From Selaginella moellendorffii (Eukaryota; Plantae; Lycopodiophyta): a stretch of 64,000 nt of DNA. Below are positions 22,201 to 33,396 of the stretch, piece after piece. Within the stretch, counting starts at the first letter, position 1; each line of letters starts with the position of its first letter. Made by a program: the position numbers and the translations under genes. The stretch spans positions 1,248,769 through 1,312,768 of the forward strand of contig NW_003314311.1 in NCBI RefSeq assembly GCF_000143415.4. The letters run 5' to 3'. The notes beneath the pieces were generated by a model. That model was not told where the DNA came from. It was given only the letters and a program-made list of their open reading frames with translations, and made no database searches.

Positions 22201-25200
22201 AAACACCAAATTCTTGATAAAATCTTCTTGACAATCTTCCTCAAGAAGCTGGCCGACAACTAGTGGTGCATTTCCTGGGTTTACCTGTACGATAACGCAT
22301 AGTTGAATTTTTAGGAAAACGAAGAGATGATTTACCTTTTGAACGTAGCCTTCAATGTAGCGGAGCATGTTCTTTGAGTATAGATAATGTGTCAGTTCGG
22401 GGATAAATCCAAAGCGGTCGCAGACGTTTATCAATGGACGGGCATCTGGAAGCTGTATTTCCATGAGAAAATTCCTAGCTCGCTCTGCATCGTAGAACTT
22501 CGATTCCCTTGTTGCACGTTCCACTTCTTTCAGCTGACCAATTTTAGCAGCTGCTTCGATGTACTTAAAGTGAACGTTGGCGTCCTCACTGGAGACTAGA
22601 CGTGTTACGGTAATAGAATGAAGAACCATCGTTACTCACCTTTTTGCAAGTTGCGCTCCCAGGAAGAAAAATATGCCTTCATAGCATCTAAACTGCTCAA
22701 ACAAGTCAATACAATGTTCGACTCCAAGTTGCTCTGCATATTCTTTGGCCACCTGAAAACGGGCAAGACTGTCAAAGCACAAAATATTTTGCCAGAAGTA
22801 CCTGCACGACGATCTGCAAATTCTGTCGCATATCAATCAGAAGCAATTCTTTCATGCAATCCAACGCCCAGTCTTTTGAAAGTGTGCCAAAGAACTCGAC
22901 TAATGCCTGCACTACCATGTCAAACTTAATCTAAGCATCTGAAAACTGCTTACCTGACCATCCATCGTATGGGTGTTTATTATGACTCTTTTTATGTCCG
23001 TCAACTCTGTGTAATGCTGCAAGAAATAGTTTTTTTACTGTCAGTGAAATATTTTAAACACTAGATGTGCCTGAAGTGCTCTCATGAAAAGCCCAGACTT
23101 TTCGCAAAGCTGAGCAATGCGAGATCGGTCATAGTGGCTGAAAACACCATTTGCCATGATGGCCTCTGCCACATTAGGAAATGTCAACAGGTTGATCTCG
23201 AGAACCTGCATACGTGTCTTGTGAATATATGAACAAATGCTCACTAAATGGAAAATACAAGACCTTTGTTTGAAGCATCCCGTGTTCCGGAAGATTTTCC
23301 TTCAACACATCTAAAAGAAAAGCGGTAGTTTCCCGGATCATGTTGCGCTGTAAAGAACACCTAAAATGTTGGTTCATCATTGTATTTCTTTTCAAAGGAG
23401 AAACAGAGAACATACCTGGAGAAATAATTCAATGATGATGTTGTAATCAACTGGACAGCCACCGTCCATTTTAGATAAAATCAACGCAAAATTTACTGCA
23501 GCCTGCACAGAGTAATTCTTAGATGAGGACCACAACGAATCGTGAATCTACCTGCGGATCGATGGCTAATACTGATTGCAACAAGAAAAGATAGTCTGGC
23601 GTGTAGTTAACCTGGCGTTCAATGTAAGAGTTCATACAAGAACTATGATATCAGCGATATTAAAACCTGCTTGGAGTAGATTAATATCTTATCAAATTCC
23701 CTTCTCTCGGCAAATCCAGCAATAACTTTTGCCGTTGCTCGGGCCTTAATGTAAACTTTCAGGGCCATTTCGGCATCAACCGCCTGCTAGAATCATTAAA
23801 GACTATAGAAATAAAGTAAATCAAGCATACCCTGATGAGGTTCCCCAGATCTTCTGTACACTCCAGCTTGTCCTCCGCTAACCAGTTTTCCAGCAGATGT
23901 TTCTTGCTCTGACTTACAACCAGTCGAGACAACTCCAAAGATTCGAATGCATTTAAGCGACCTTTCGTTAACAAGGTGCCAAAATATTGAAGCAAGGGAG
24001 AAGTTTGCCCAGGTGGAACAGTGATCAGCTGCCAACATCAAACTAATGAATGTTATAAGGGTAACCATGATAATGTGATGCCCACCTGAAGTTTTGCAAC
24101 AGTTTCAGGAGTCCGAAGAACACCTTGAGGAGACTCGGCGGCCAAGTCTGCTGCTTCTCTGTACTTGGTTTGCGAAACTAGCTCGTGAAATCTTTGCACG
24201 ACCTACAGAAACATCACTCAAAAACGGAAAATAATGTTGAACCAACGATTACGAGTTTTTCAGCTCCAGGGAGGTTCGCTCGCTTTGCAAGGCTTACTGC
24301 AAGGTCCATATTTTTTAGCTGTAAAATCACAAATGAATGCTTCTTTTGTTGAACGTTTTGCGCTACCTGATCGCTGATGAAAGAAATAATTGTCGTCTCA
24401 TTGATTGTGCCCATGAGAACTTGGCCGCGTTTGTTCACAGCATAAAAACCTCCATTTGAAGGAGCGTCAGCAGAAATGAAAAAGGGATCTACGCTGATAC
24501 GATTCCTATACACGGCAACAGCGGTCTCCAAATCATAGACAAAAAGAAGTCCCATTTTCGAGAGGACATAGATAACACCATACTTTTGAGACATCTGAAC
24601 AAAAAAAGAAGACGTAACGTTTACGAGCTATGAGCCTTATATACCTGAATTGCAATGGGAAAGTCGTCAGCGAATTCGGGAGGAAAAAAGAGCTCGGCCT
24701 GTTTTTTCCCAAACCCAACCTTACCTGCAAGCAACTCGCTTAATACGTAGAAAACTAGTATTAAAATGAATGAAACCTGTCTGTGCGCCAAGTTCGATTA
24801 CATGCAGCTTTGACACAACCTGGGCCCCGGAATAGTTCTTTGATGCAAAAGATATAATAACAGATGCAGCGTCATTTGCGGCAAACTGTAGAAGCATAAA
24901 CTCCTTTAGATAATGTCAAGATATGGTATCAATATACTTACAGCCTTTCATTGCGTGCCTTAGGCCCGGTATCTGCAATTACCTTGAAAGATCCAAATGC
25001 CGCAGCATGAGCTTCAAGTGACTGACTTCGCTTTTGGTCTACGGAATAAATCTGCATATTTCCTTTCACTAGTTGAGGACGCTGCAGATAGAAGTTGACG
25101 TTAGCAGTGAAGAAATTGCTACAAGTGGATGGTTCCAAGGCACCGTGTTCTGTGAAAGGTTGCCTCTAGAAGAACGAAGCGTACCTCCGGAGGGCCTGGA

Positions 25201-25967
25201 GCAATCCCGATCAAAACAAGCCATTTCTCAGTGGGGTCACAGCGATAATTGATGATCTGGTGGCCATTCAAATTGGCCGCTCTCTCAAACATCTTCACCG
25301 GCTCAGGCGGCCCTGACTCAGGAAAAAAATAAAAGGAAATAACCAAACTGATCATAGAAAAACACTAACCTTCAATAGACCAGTGATAAACCGCATCCTG
25401 TGTCACCAGTCCAATGATTTTCGGTGTGATCCATTTCCAAAAGACGATCTTCACATAACGTAGCATGAGGTGAGAAGCATAACACCAGCGTGCAGACAGA
25501 CCTGTTCGTTCATTTGATAAGCTTTTAGCTTGGCCTTGGTGTCAAGGTTAAAAACTTGTAGCTGCTCTTGTGCTATCAACACCCACAAAAAAAAAAAAAA
25601 AAAACAGAATGAGAAAAATGTTAGAGAAAACGCTAGAATTGAGCTGTGGTTACCTCTAAGAGCGAGAACTTTTCCCAAAGGATTCATCAAAGCCGAATCC
25701 GCGGCGATCGGCCGACGCAACGGTTGCTTTGGTACGCTCAAATCCACAATCATGAGACTGTTCTGTGGCGAAGTCTCCCTGACACAGATATATTTCTCGG
25801 ATTCCATGGTGACGAAAGAAAATCCCACAAACTGAGCCCCGATCCCAAGCCCCGTGAGCTACATTTCCACACAAAAACTCAGCTGGATCCATCAAGCTGG
25901 AGCGATCAGATCGAGAACTCACCGATACGATCTCCTTAGTCACGATTGGCGCTCCCGTTGCCGTCAT
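19219..25967 (-). CDS. CHC: Clathrin heavy chain (multi-exon)
   Basis: [12 protein letters not shown] start, [43 protein letters not shown] and [10 protein letters not shown]-terminus [12 protein letters not shown]...MSF*. Many ~55-nt introns. Confidence 0.97.
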
Positions 25968-27158
25968 CGCGCGCCACAAGAACCCTAGCTAGAGCGCTCG
26001 AGCCGAGAACCAAAACGCCATAGGGCTCGTACGACAAGGGCACGGAAGGCGCCAAGAAGAGAGGGAAGATTCTCCAGTTAAAACAAGAGATGCCCGTTTC
26101 AAATTTCCTGGGGTATATTCCACGATCGTGCGCGCCAAAACTCGGCGTTGATAAAAAGGATTTGTCGTCCTGCGGTGGCCATTGATTAGGTCATTTAGGC
26201 CGTTGGACGGATTTCGAGGAATGGAGGCGCAGCGCCGCCAGTGCTGCTGGCGCGAGCAAAGAAGCTTCTTTTTTCGAGGATTCCATGGCGCCTGGAGGTG
26301 AGTGATCTTGCCCAGAGCAAATAGAATAGAAAGAAAGAGCGAAAGAAAAGATTGGGGACGAAGAAAAAGAGATCTGGCGATGGCATTACGCCACAGACAG
26401 TGATGGCGCTTGAATCTCGTCATTTGCTCTCTTTGGGACGCTGGCTGCTGCATTAGAATCGCGAAAGCGACTGAGATAATTTACATTTGTGAGAGAACTT
26501 AGCCAAAAAAAAAAAACGAGAGAGATGAGATTCGTGAGAAACTTTAGAGAGTTTAAGGAAGAAAGATGAGAGAGATCACGGCCAATGAAGGAGATATTTC
26601 CGATTTTTTTTCTCCTCGTTCGTTCTCTCTCACGTTGTTTTTTTGTTTTTTTTTTCTTCTCGGTCGCTTTGCTAGGTGTCCCATTGAACACCCAGACGAT
26701 GGCGACGGCTTTCTTTCCAATGAATGACCCTCATTGATGCGTCATATGTGTGGAGAAAGACCATGAAAAACCAGGGAGAATACCGTCGCTGGATCCTGGC
26801 TACTCTGGGAGGCACCTGAAAGAGGTACGCTACGGAACTCCTTGCTCTTGTTTTTCCTTCGTTGTTTTTACTTTTTCTATCTTCTTCTGAAGGTTTTTCA
26901 TACGTACACTGTGGTCTACCTTTCGGCTTTGTCTATAACTAGGAGCAGGATTCTCGGCTGTTTGTCGCATTTCGCTAGAGGCTCCTCGCGTTTGCTGCGC
27001 TCGAATCGGGTCTAGATCACAAAAGCCGGCCCCAGAAGAGAGAGTAGTTCCAGCCGGCCTTGGAGGAGAAAGAGGAGAGTTTGGTTTTCTTCGGCGTGAG
27101 AGATGCTGGAAGCGAAGTTGGAAGCTGCGAGCAATGGCGAGAGAAGTGTGGTGATGTG

Positions 27159-28777
27159 ATGGGGAACTGCTCCTGCTCGGCCTGTTGCTACGACTGCTGT
27201 GACGATCTCTGTTCGCGGATGGCACACCGGTGGACAAAGCTTCGTCCAAGGCTTCTGGATGTCATACAGATGGAGGATGCGGAGGCTCTCAGAATTTTGA
27301 TCGATGAGGAGTCGGCAGTGCCTTCGACAACGGGCAGACCAGACTCGCTGGAGTATGTTGTCTCGCACAGGGAAAAAATTGATGCTCGGTTTGGAGATGA
27401 TCTTTCGGAGATGAAGCCGTTTTTGCAGCAAAGAGCTCCTCAAGTGGAATTCAGAAGCGAGAAAAGGGAAGGCCTGGAAATCTACGTTGTCACTTGGAAC
27501 ATGAACGGGAAGGTATCACTTTTTGCTCTTTTACATCGTTCATTCTTACAGGTTTTCCTTTTGCTTCTAGATTCCTCGATATGATCTTGCAAGGCTTCTG
27601 GATGACTCCAGTGGCAGAAAGTACGATTTGTACGTGATTGGACTTCAAGAAGCTCCAAGCAGCTACGTAGACTCGTTTTTCTTGGAGGTTCTCGGCGAAA
27701 GCTACTGGTAAGAAGCTCACAGATTTTCCACAGTTTAATTTTTCATTCTCTCTTTTTGTCTAGCCTGGTTGCCTCCTCAATCATGGCATCCTTGCAGCTC
27801 TTTGTTTTCGTGAAGATTACACTGTTGCCATTCATGTCAGGTAAAGTGTACCAAACTAAAGCCGAACTTTTTCTCATGGATCTTTGGATCTTTGGTTTTT
27901 AATCTCTTTTGTCAGATTGTAGAAGTGACAAAGTTGGAGTTGGAGGATTTGGAGGAGTAATAGGCCGCCAGAAAGGAGCCACGGCGGTCACGTTACGTTA
28001 CAGGGAGCTCACATTCTTGTTCCTCTCTTGCCATCTTGCTCGTAAGCCCCTTTGAGTAGAATCGCCTTTCATCCTAATCCTGTTTCCAACGCTCCAGTGC
28101 AGCTCACGAAGGCAATGTAGAGGCAAGAAACTCTCAATACACACGGATATGCCAGAACGTTTTTGCGAGGCCATACTCTTCCACCGTCTGCGCGTGCCTA
28201 CAAACAACCACCGGCATTGTGGCAGACGACTTTGCTTTCAAGGAGCGGCAGCAACAGCCCTTCAAGAACGCAAACGCAGTGGAGGAGTCGGACCTGGTCA
28301 TCTGGGTGGGAGATTTAAACTACAGGGTCGTCGGGCATAGAAACTCCGTGGGAGTTTTGATCAAGAACAACTTGGAAAAGGTATTTTCTTTCCATTCATA
28401 TCTCGTCCTTGGAACCATTATGGTTTTTCCAGCTCTTGTGGTCGAGAGACCAGCTCTCTCGAGAAGCCCGACACGGGAGGATCTTCACTGGCTTTCGCGA
28501 AGGCCCGCTAACTTTCAGACCAACTTACAAATACGACGTTGGCACGGACAACTACGACACTAGTGCGAAGGTACTGTTCTTCATTTCTTCTCCAAAATCG
28601 AAACTTTGATCTACAATCCAGGAGAGAGTTCCCTCGTGGACGGATAGAATCCTCTTCAAAGTAAAGGACACGGGATGGGTCACCGCCAACGTTCACGACT
28701 ACGCTTCCATAGATTCGATGAGGAGCTCCGACCACCGGCCTGTCAAGGCTGTGCTAGCACTAAGCATTTCGCTATAA
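27159..28777 (+). CDS. Inositol polyphosphate 5-phosphatase (short, 5PTase11-like; multi-exon)
   Basis: YVVTWNMNG, YVIGLQE, GRQKGA, FLSCHLA, WVGDLNYRV, PTYKYDVG, RVPSWTDRILF and SSDHRPVKA. N-terminus MGNCSCSACC. Confidence 0.92.
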
Positions 28778-28817
28778 CAGGCCTTGTGTTTTTCCGCGTA
28801 GCCCAGAAGCATGACTT

Positions 28818-28867
28818 GACAGTTTGGCCGAGTGGTCTAAGGCGTTGGATTTAGGCTCCAATCCGTT

Positions 28868-28897
<30 letters not shown>
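28818..28897 (+). tRNA. tRNA-Leu (anticodon UAG)
   Basis: GACAGTT/AGCTGTC acceptor stem, TGGCCGAGTGG A box, TTGGA-TTTAGGC-TCCAA anticodon arm, variable arm, GGTTCAAATCC B box, T-run terminator at ~28923. Confidence 0.95.
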
Positions 28898-28898
<1 letters not shown>

Positions 28899-29286
28899 TA
28901 ACTTCGTTGTTATATGGAACAATTTTTTTTTTTCTCATTTTTTGCAATAACCTAATTCATTGAACTTCTCCTTTTTGCATCGATCGATCGATCATTAACA
29001 AAGCTAGAAATCTTCACGATACCATGGATCAATCACGCTCGAACTTTTTTCCTCTACATTTTTACCATTGTAGCTGCAAATACAAAGGAGTACCAGCACA
29101 AGCTAACAGAGAGAAGCAGCAGAAGCTATCAGAGAGGACACCAATGTGAGCTTTTGCTACTCTCGAGAAGAATCCATCATGGATCACACATTCTTCTTCC
29201 AACCAAGCTAGAAAACTTCACGATCCCATCGATCGATCACTCAAAGATCGATTTTTTTTCTTCTCACCAACTGATGTGAGCTTTCG

Positions 29287-29508
29287 CTACTCGAGAGAAG
29301 AGTCAGTCTTCGCGACGGTACGTTGGAAGACGAGGATATCACTCGGAGAGTTCGTGCTGCTAGTGTCAGCATTACCTTGATGCGTGTAGCTCTTGGGCTC
29401 GTCCTTGGCTGCTGCTGGATCCACATCTTTCTTTTCTTTGCGGCAATCCTTCGCCTCTGGCGCTACTGGCGAGGCATTCTTCTGAGCGTCTGGGAGTGAC
29501 TTTTCCAT
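29287..29508 (-). CDS. Small hydrophilic protein (73 aa) of unknown function
   Basis: ATG just after a good 3' splice site (TTTCTCCAG at ~29522). Charged low-complexity body ending SDILVFQRTVAKTDSSLE*. Confidence 0.45.
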   Translation of the reverse strand: MEKSLPDAQKNASPVAPEAKDCRKEKKDVDPAAAKDEPKSYTHQGNADTSSTNSPSDILVFQRTVAKTDSSLE

Positions 29509-29729
29509 GGACAATCAAAACCTGGAGAAACAAACCTTGAGAACTTTTAGATTCAATCGAGAGAGCTCACACCACTTCACCTCTAAACTCCAAGCTTTCG
29601 CGCTCGAGCTCCAAGCACGACAAGTGTCCTTGTAAGTGGCATAAGTAGCTTCTGCCAAATGGCCAAAACCAAGTGAATCAAAATGGAAAAAACTTAAAAG
29701 AAGTGCAATTACCTCGAGGAGCTCTTTCA

Positions 29730-32675
29730 CTACCAGTAGTCCTTGCATGAGCAAAACCCGTCTTTGAACTCGTGAAACCGGTTGGCGTCTCTCACTGTGA
29801 TTTGCCTCCCTGTGATCTTGGAGATGAACTTGGTAGCCGTGTGACAATCGGTGCAAACCCGGAGATTTTTCACCACCCGGAGAGGAGTTCCACTCGGTGT
29901 CGATATCAAGCCAAAAGCCATAGCTTGCTTCTCGCTATGATAGCAAAGAACTTGCTCTTTCTCCTCCTCTTCCACGTCCATCAACACCACCTCCGTGTCT
30001 GGAACATAGCCGGCCTCTCTCATCAGCACCCCGAGTCTCTGCAGCTCTGCGAAGATCTCGTCGTTTCGAGGATGAGTCCTGCTTCCGGAAGCAAACTTAT
30101 GGACCTTGTCCTTGATCTCGATCCAGCTCAAACCGGGGACTTTCTTTCCGCAGTCACGACCAATCCGTCTCCTCAGCTTCGCGGCGGCATCAAACTTCCC
30201 ACACACTGCGTGGATGTCCGAAAGTAGCACGTAAGAAGCCGAGTTCCTCCGGTTTAGCTGGACAAGCCGCTGAGCTGCTCGGACACCCCGTTTCATATCC
30301 TTGTGGACTTTGCAAGCGTTGAGAAAACTCATCCAAGCGATAAAGTCCGGCTCCAGCGTCATGTTTTCTAGCAAGTCCTCCACGTCCTGGAGCTGTCCCA
30401 GCCTCCCCAGCAAGTCGAGAATGCAAGCGTAGTTCTCGTTCACTGGAGAGAGGCCATAGTCTTGGAGCATTGAGACGAACCAGTTGCGAGCATCCTTGAG
30501 CAGCCCGGCATGGTTGCATCCGCTCATAACTTTGACGAAGATCACGGTGTCGATGGCCTCTCCGGCCTGCTGCATCGCGTGGAAGAGCTCGAAAGCAGCA
30601 CTGGCACTTCCCTGTTGAGCATACGCTGCTATGATCGAAGTCCACGAAACCATGTCCTTGGAAGCCATCTTCTCAAAGACCTGCCTTGCTTCGTTCAGCT
30701 TCCCACACTTCCCATACATGTTTACCAGCGTGTTCTTCACAACCATGTCCTGCTCGAGCTCCGTCCCGGCAACAGTGGCATGAAGAATCCTGGCTTGAGC
30801 TAGCGCGGCCAAGTTAGCACAAACGTCGAGAACGAGTGAAAACGCTACCTTGTCAGCTCTCACTCCTTCTATGTCCATTCTTTTGAAGAGCTCAAGAGCT
30901 TCCAGTCCCTGTCCCTGCTGAGAATGAGCTGCGATCATCGCGGTCCAGACAACCACTGACTTGTTGTGCATGGCGTCGAAAACTTCGATTGCCTTGTCAG
31001 GAACGTCACATCTGGAATACATGTTGATGAGATTGGTGCCGAGAACAGTGTCTAGCTCGCATCCCAGAGTGATCATTCTGTAATGAAGCAGCTGACCGAG
31101 AGTTAGATCCGGTAAACACGCACAGGCCTCGATAACACTCGTGAAAGTTGATCTGTCACCTCTAAGTCCTTCCAGCTCCATCTTTCGAAACATAACTATC
31201 GAGTTTGCAGGACGAGACTGTTGATTGCAAGCTGCTATAATCCCGTTCCACGAAACCACGTCCCTTTGAGACATATTCTCAAACTTCGCCATCGCATCCT
31301 CATAGCTTCCAACTCTGCTATAGAGATTGATAACTGCGGATTCAAAACCAATATCACCCTCGATTCCGCTGCTCCTGTCGAGTGCTCTTGCTTCTTTCAA
31401 GCCTCGGATGGATACACACGCCTCAAAAGCCGCGTAGAAGCTCAACTTATCCGGCTTCATTCCCTCCAAGTCCATTTCTCTAAACAGCTGCAGTGCCTGA
31501 TGACCATGCCCGAGCCGGGCATACGATCCTACGATGCTGTTCCACAAACCTACTGTCGCATTCTTCCCGGCTGTTCTATCAAAAACCATCTTTCCTTCCT
31601 CCAAACTTCCACACTTCCCATACATGTTGACAAGGCAGTCGGTCACGCTGAGCTCCAAACTACAAGCTTCGATACGCTGGTGTATAAGCCTCCCACGGAC
31701 TAAGTCCTGTAAGTTCGCACAGCAATCCAAAACGCTCACGAAAGTCACAGCATCCGGCTCAAAACCTTCAAAGTCCATCACCTCTAGCAGCTTGAGACCC
31801 TCCAAAAACCGGCCATTTTGAGCATACGCACCAGTCATGATCGTCCACGAGACAACGTCCTTGAAAGGCATCCAATCCAAAATCCTCCTCGCATCCTCCA
31901 GCCTCCTGCATTTCCCATACAGCGTTATAAGCGAGTTTCCAAGCAGAAGATCACACTCTACAAAACCAGAAGCTACAGCACTCTCGTAAACTCTCTCACC
32001 TTCTTGGCACTCACCTTGGCTGGAGCAAGCATCCAAAACGCACGTAAGAGTCGCGGCTTGAGGCCTCACTCCTCGCTGCTGCATCGCTTGAACAAACTTT
32101 AGTGCCTCGCGACCATTCTTTTGCTGCGAGCAAGCCGAAAGAATCGCGTTCCAAGTCACAACATCCGGCCTTGGAGTGCTGTAAAAGATCTTCGCTGCCT
32201 CCTCCAAGCTCCCACACTTTCCATACAGCGTCACCAAAGAGTTCCTCACCACGGTATCCTGTGAAAGCCGCGAATCCTCCGCTATAGCCTCGTAGATCCT
32301 TCTTCCTTCCACGAGAGACCCCAGCGAAGAACACGAGCTTAGCACGGAGCTCACGATGAAAGCGTCCGGGAGAGCGCCACCGTCGTATAGCATTCTCCAG
32401 TAGTGCTCTATCGCCTCACTGTAATGCCCGTTTTGGGCAAAGCCTGTGACGATCATCGTCCATGAGAAGACATTCTTCTCTTGGATCCCATCGAAGACGC
32501 GCTTGGCGTCGCCGATGCTAGAGAGCTTGGCATACATCGCTATCAGGAGATTTGCCAAGTAAGTGGAATCGATGGCGCCGCTAGAAGCGAGAATCTCGCG
32601 GTGCAATGCCTGGCCCTCCTCCAAGACGCGGCAGTGGCGAATGCGCGCGGCGAGATCGTTGAGCCGCGATCGCAT
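29730..32675 (-). CDS. PLS-class PPR protein with E/E+/DYW deaminase domain (organellar C-to-U editing factor)
   Basis: Intronless ORF with PLS repeats, PG box PGLSWIEI, HSEK, CTDCH and terminal CSCKDYW. Confidence 0.96.
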   Translation of the reverse strand: MRSRLNDLAARIRHCRVLEEGQALHREILASSGAIDSTYLANLLIAMYAKLSSIGDAKRVFDGIQEKNVFSWTMIVTGFAQNGHYSEAIEHYWRMLYDGGALPDAFIVSSVLSSCSSLGSLVEGRRIYEAIAEDSRLSQDTVVRNSLVTLYGKCGSLEEAAKIFYSTPRPDVVTWNAILSACSQQKNGREALKFVQAMQQRGVRPQAATLTCVLDACSSQGECQEGERVYESAVASGFVECDLLLGNSLITLYGKCRRLEDARRILDWMPFKDVVSWTIMTGAYAQNGRFLEGLKLLEVMDFEGFEPDAVTFVSVLDCCANLQDLVRGRLIHQRIEACSLELSVTDCLVNMYGKCGSLEEGKMVFDRTAGKNATVGLWNSIVGSYARLGHGHQALQLFREMDLEGMKPDKLSFYAAFEACVSIRGLKEARALDRSSGIEGDIGFESAVINLYSRVGSYEDAMAKFENMSQRDVVSWNGIIAACNQQSRPANSIVMFRKMELEGLRGDRSTFTSVIEACACLPDLTLGQLLHYRMITLGCELDTVLGTNLINMYSRCDVPDKAIEVFDAMHNKSVVVWTAMIAAHSQQGQGLEALELFKRMDIEGVRADKVAFSLVLDVCANLAALAQARILHATVAGTELEQDMVVKNTLVNMYGKCGKLNEARQVFEKMASKDMVSWTSIIAAYAQQGSASAAFELFHAMQQAGEAIDTVIFVKVMSGCNHAGLLKDARNWFVSMLQDYGLSPVNENYACILDLLGRLGQLQDVEDLLENMTLEPDFIAWMSFLNACKVHKDMKRGVRAAQRLVQLNRRNSASYVLLSDIHAVCGKFDAAAKLRRRIGRDCGKKVPGLSWIEIKDKVHKFASGSRTHPRNDEIFAELQRLGVLMREAGYVPDTEVVLMDVEEEEKEQVLCYHSEKQAMAFGLISTPSGTPLRVVKNLRVCTDCHTATKFISKITGRQITVRDANRFHEFKDGFCSCKDYW

Positions 32676-33005
32676 CCACCTCACATTCGATCGATCGCGC
32701 GAGCCCTAGAAAAACAGGGGATTATAGTAAGTCTTGTCATAAACCCTAGAGCATTTTCGCGATGGCGAGGTCGAGGAGCGCCAATGCGGCGGTGGGGCTA
32801 GGGTTCGCCGCCTTCGCGCTGGCGATGGGAGCTCTTCCATTCTTCATCAGGTACTGGCTGGAAACGCATTCATAGCGCTTGCATTGGATGATTTCCTGTG
32901 GATTCTTGCGTTCTTGGCCTCCGATTCATCCGAGGGATGATATTTCGAGGTCTAGATGCTATCCTCGGTGATTGTTGTGTCTGGAGTTTTTTCTCTCTTT
33001 TTTTT

Positions 33006-33105
33006 NNNNNNNNNNNNNNNNNNNNNNNNNNNNNNNNNNNNNNNNNNNNNNNNNNNNNNNNNNNNNNNNNNNNNNNNNNNNNNNNNNNNNNNNNNNNNNN
33101 NNNNN
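33006..33105. other. Assembly gap (100 N)
   Basis: Run of N. Confidence 1.
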
Positions 33106-33396
33106 TTTCTTTGCTTTTTCTCTTGTAGTGTGTGTTGTTCTCGTGATACGTTCTGTGATTCATGCTTCTTGATGCTTGCAGCAAATGGAAGACTGCGCCA
33201 ATCATTGATGCAAACAAGCCGCTCTCTAGAAGTGCTATAATGAGAGGACCTTATGTGAACAGTGGCTCTCGCGACGTTGGACCCGACCCCAAGAGTGGAA
33301 CTTACGACTAAAGAGAAGGAAAAGAGGAAGACCAAGGAAGAAGAATAAGAAGAAGTGGAGGAAGAACAAGGTGGTGTAGAGAGGAACTAGGCAGAG

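Noticed and set aside
32870-33335. ORFs containing X runs
   Set aside because: Artefacts of the 100-N gap.
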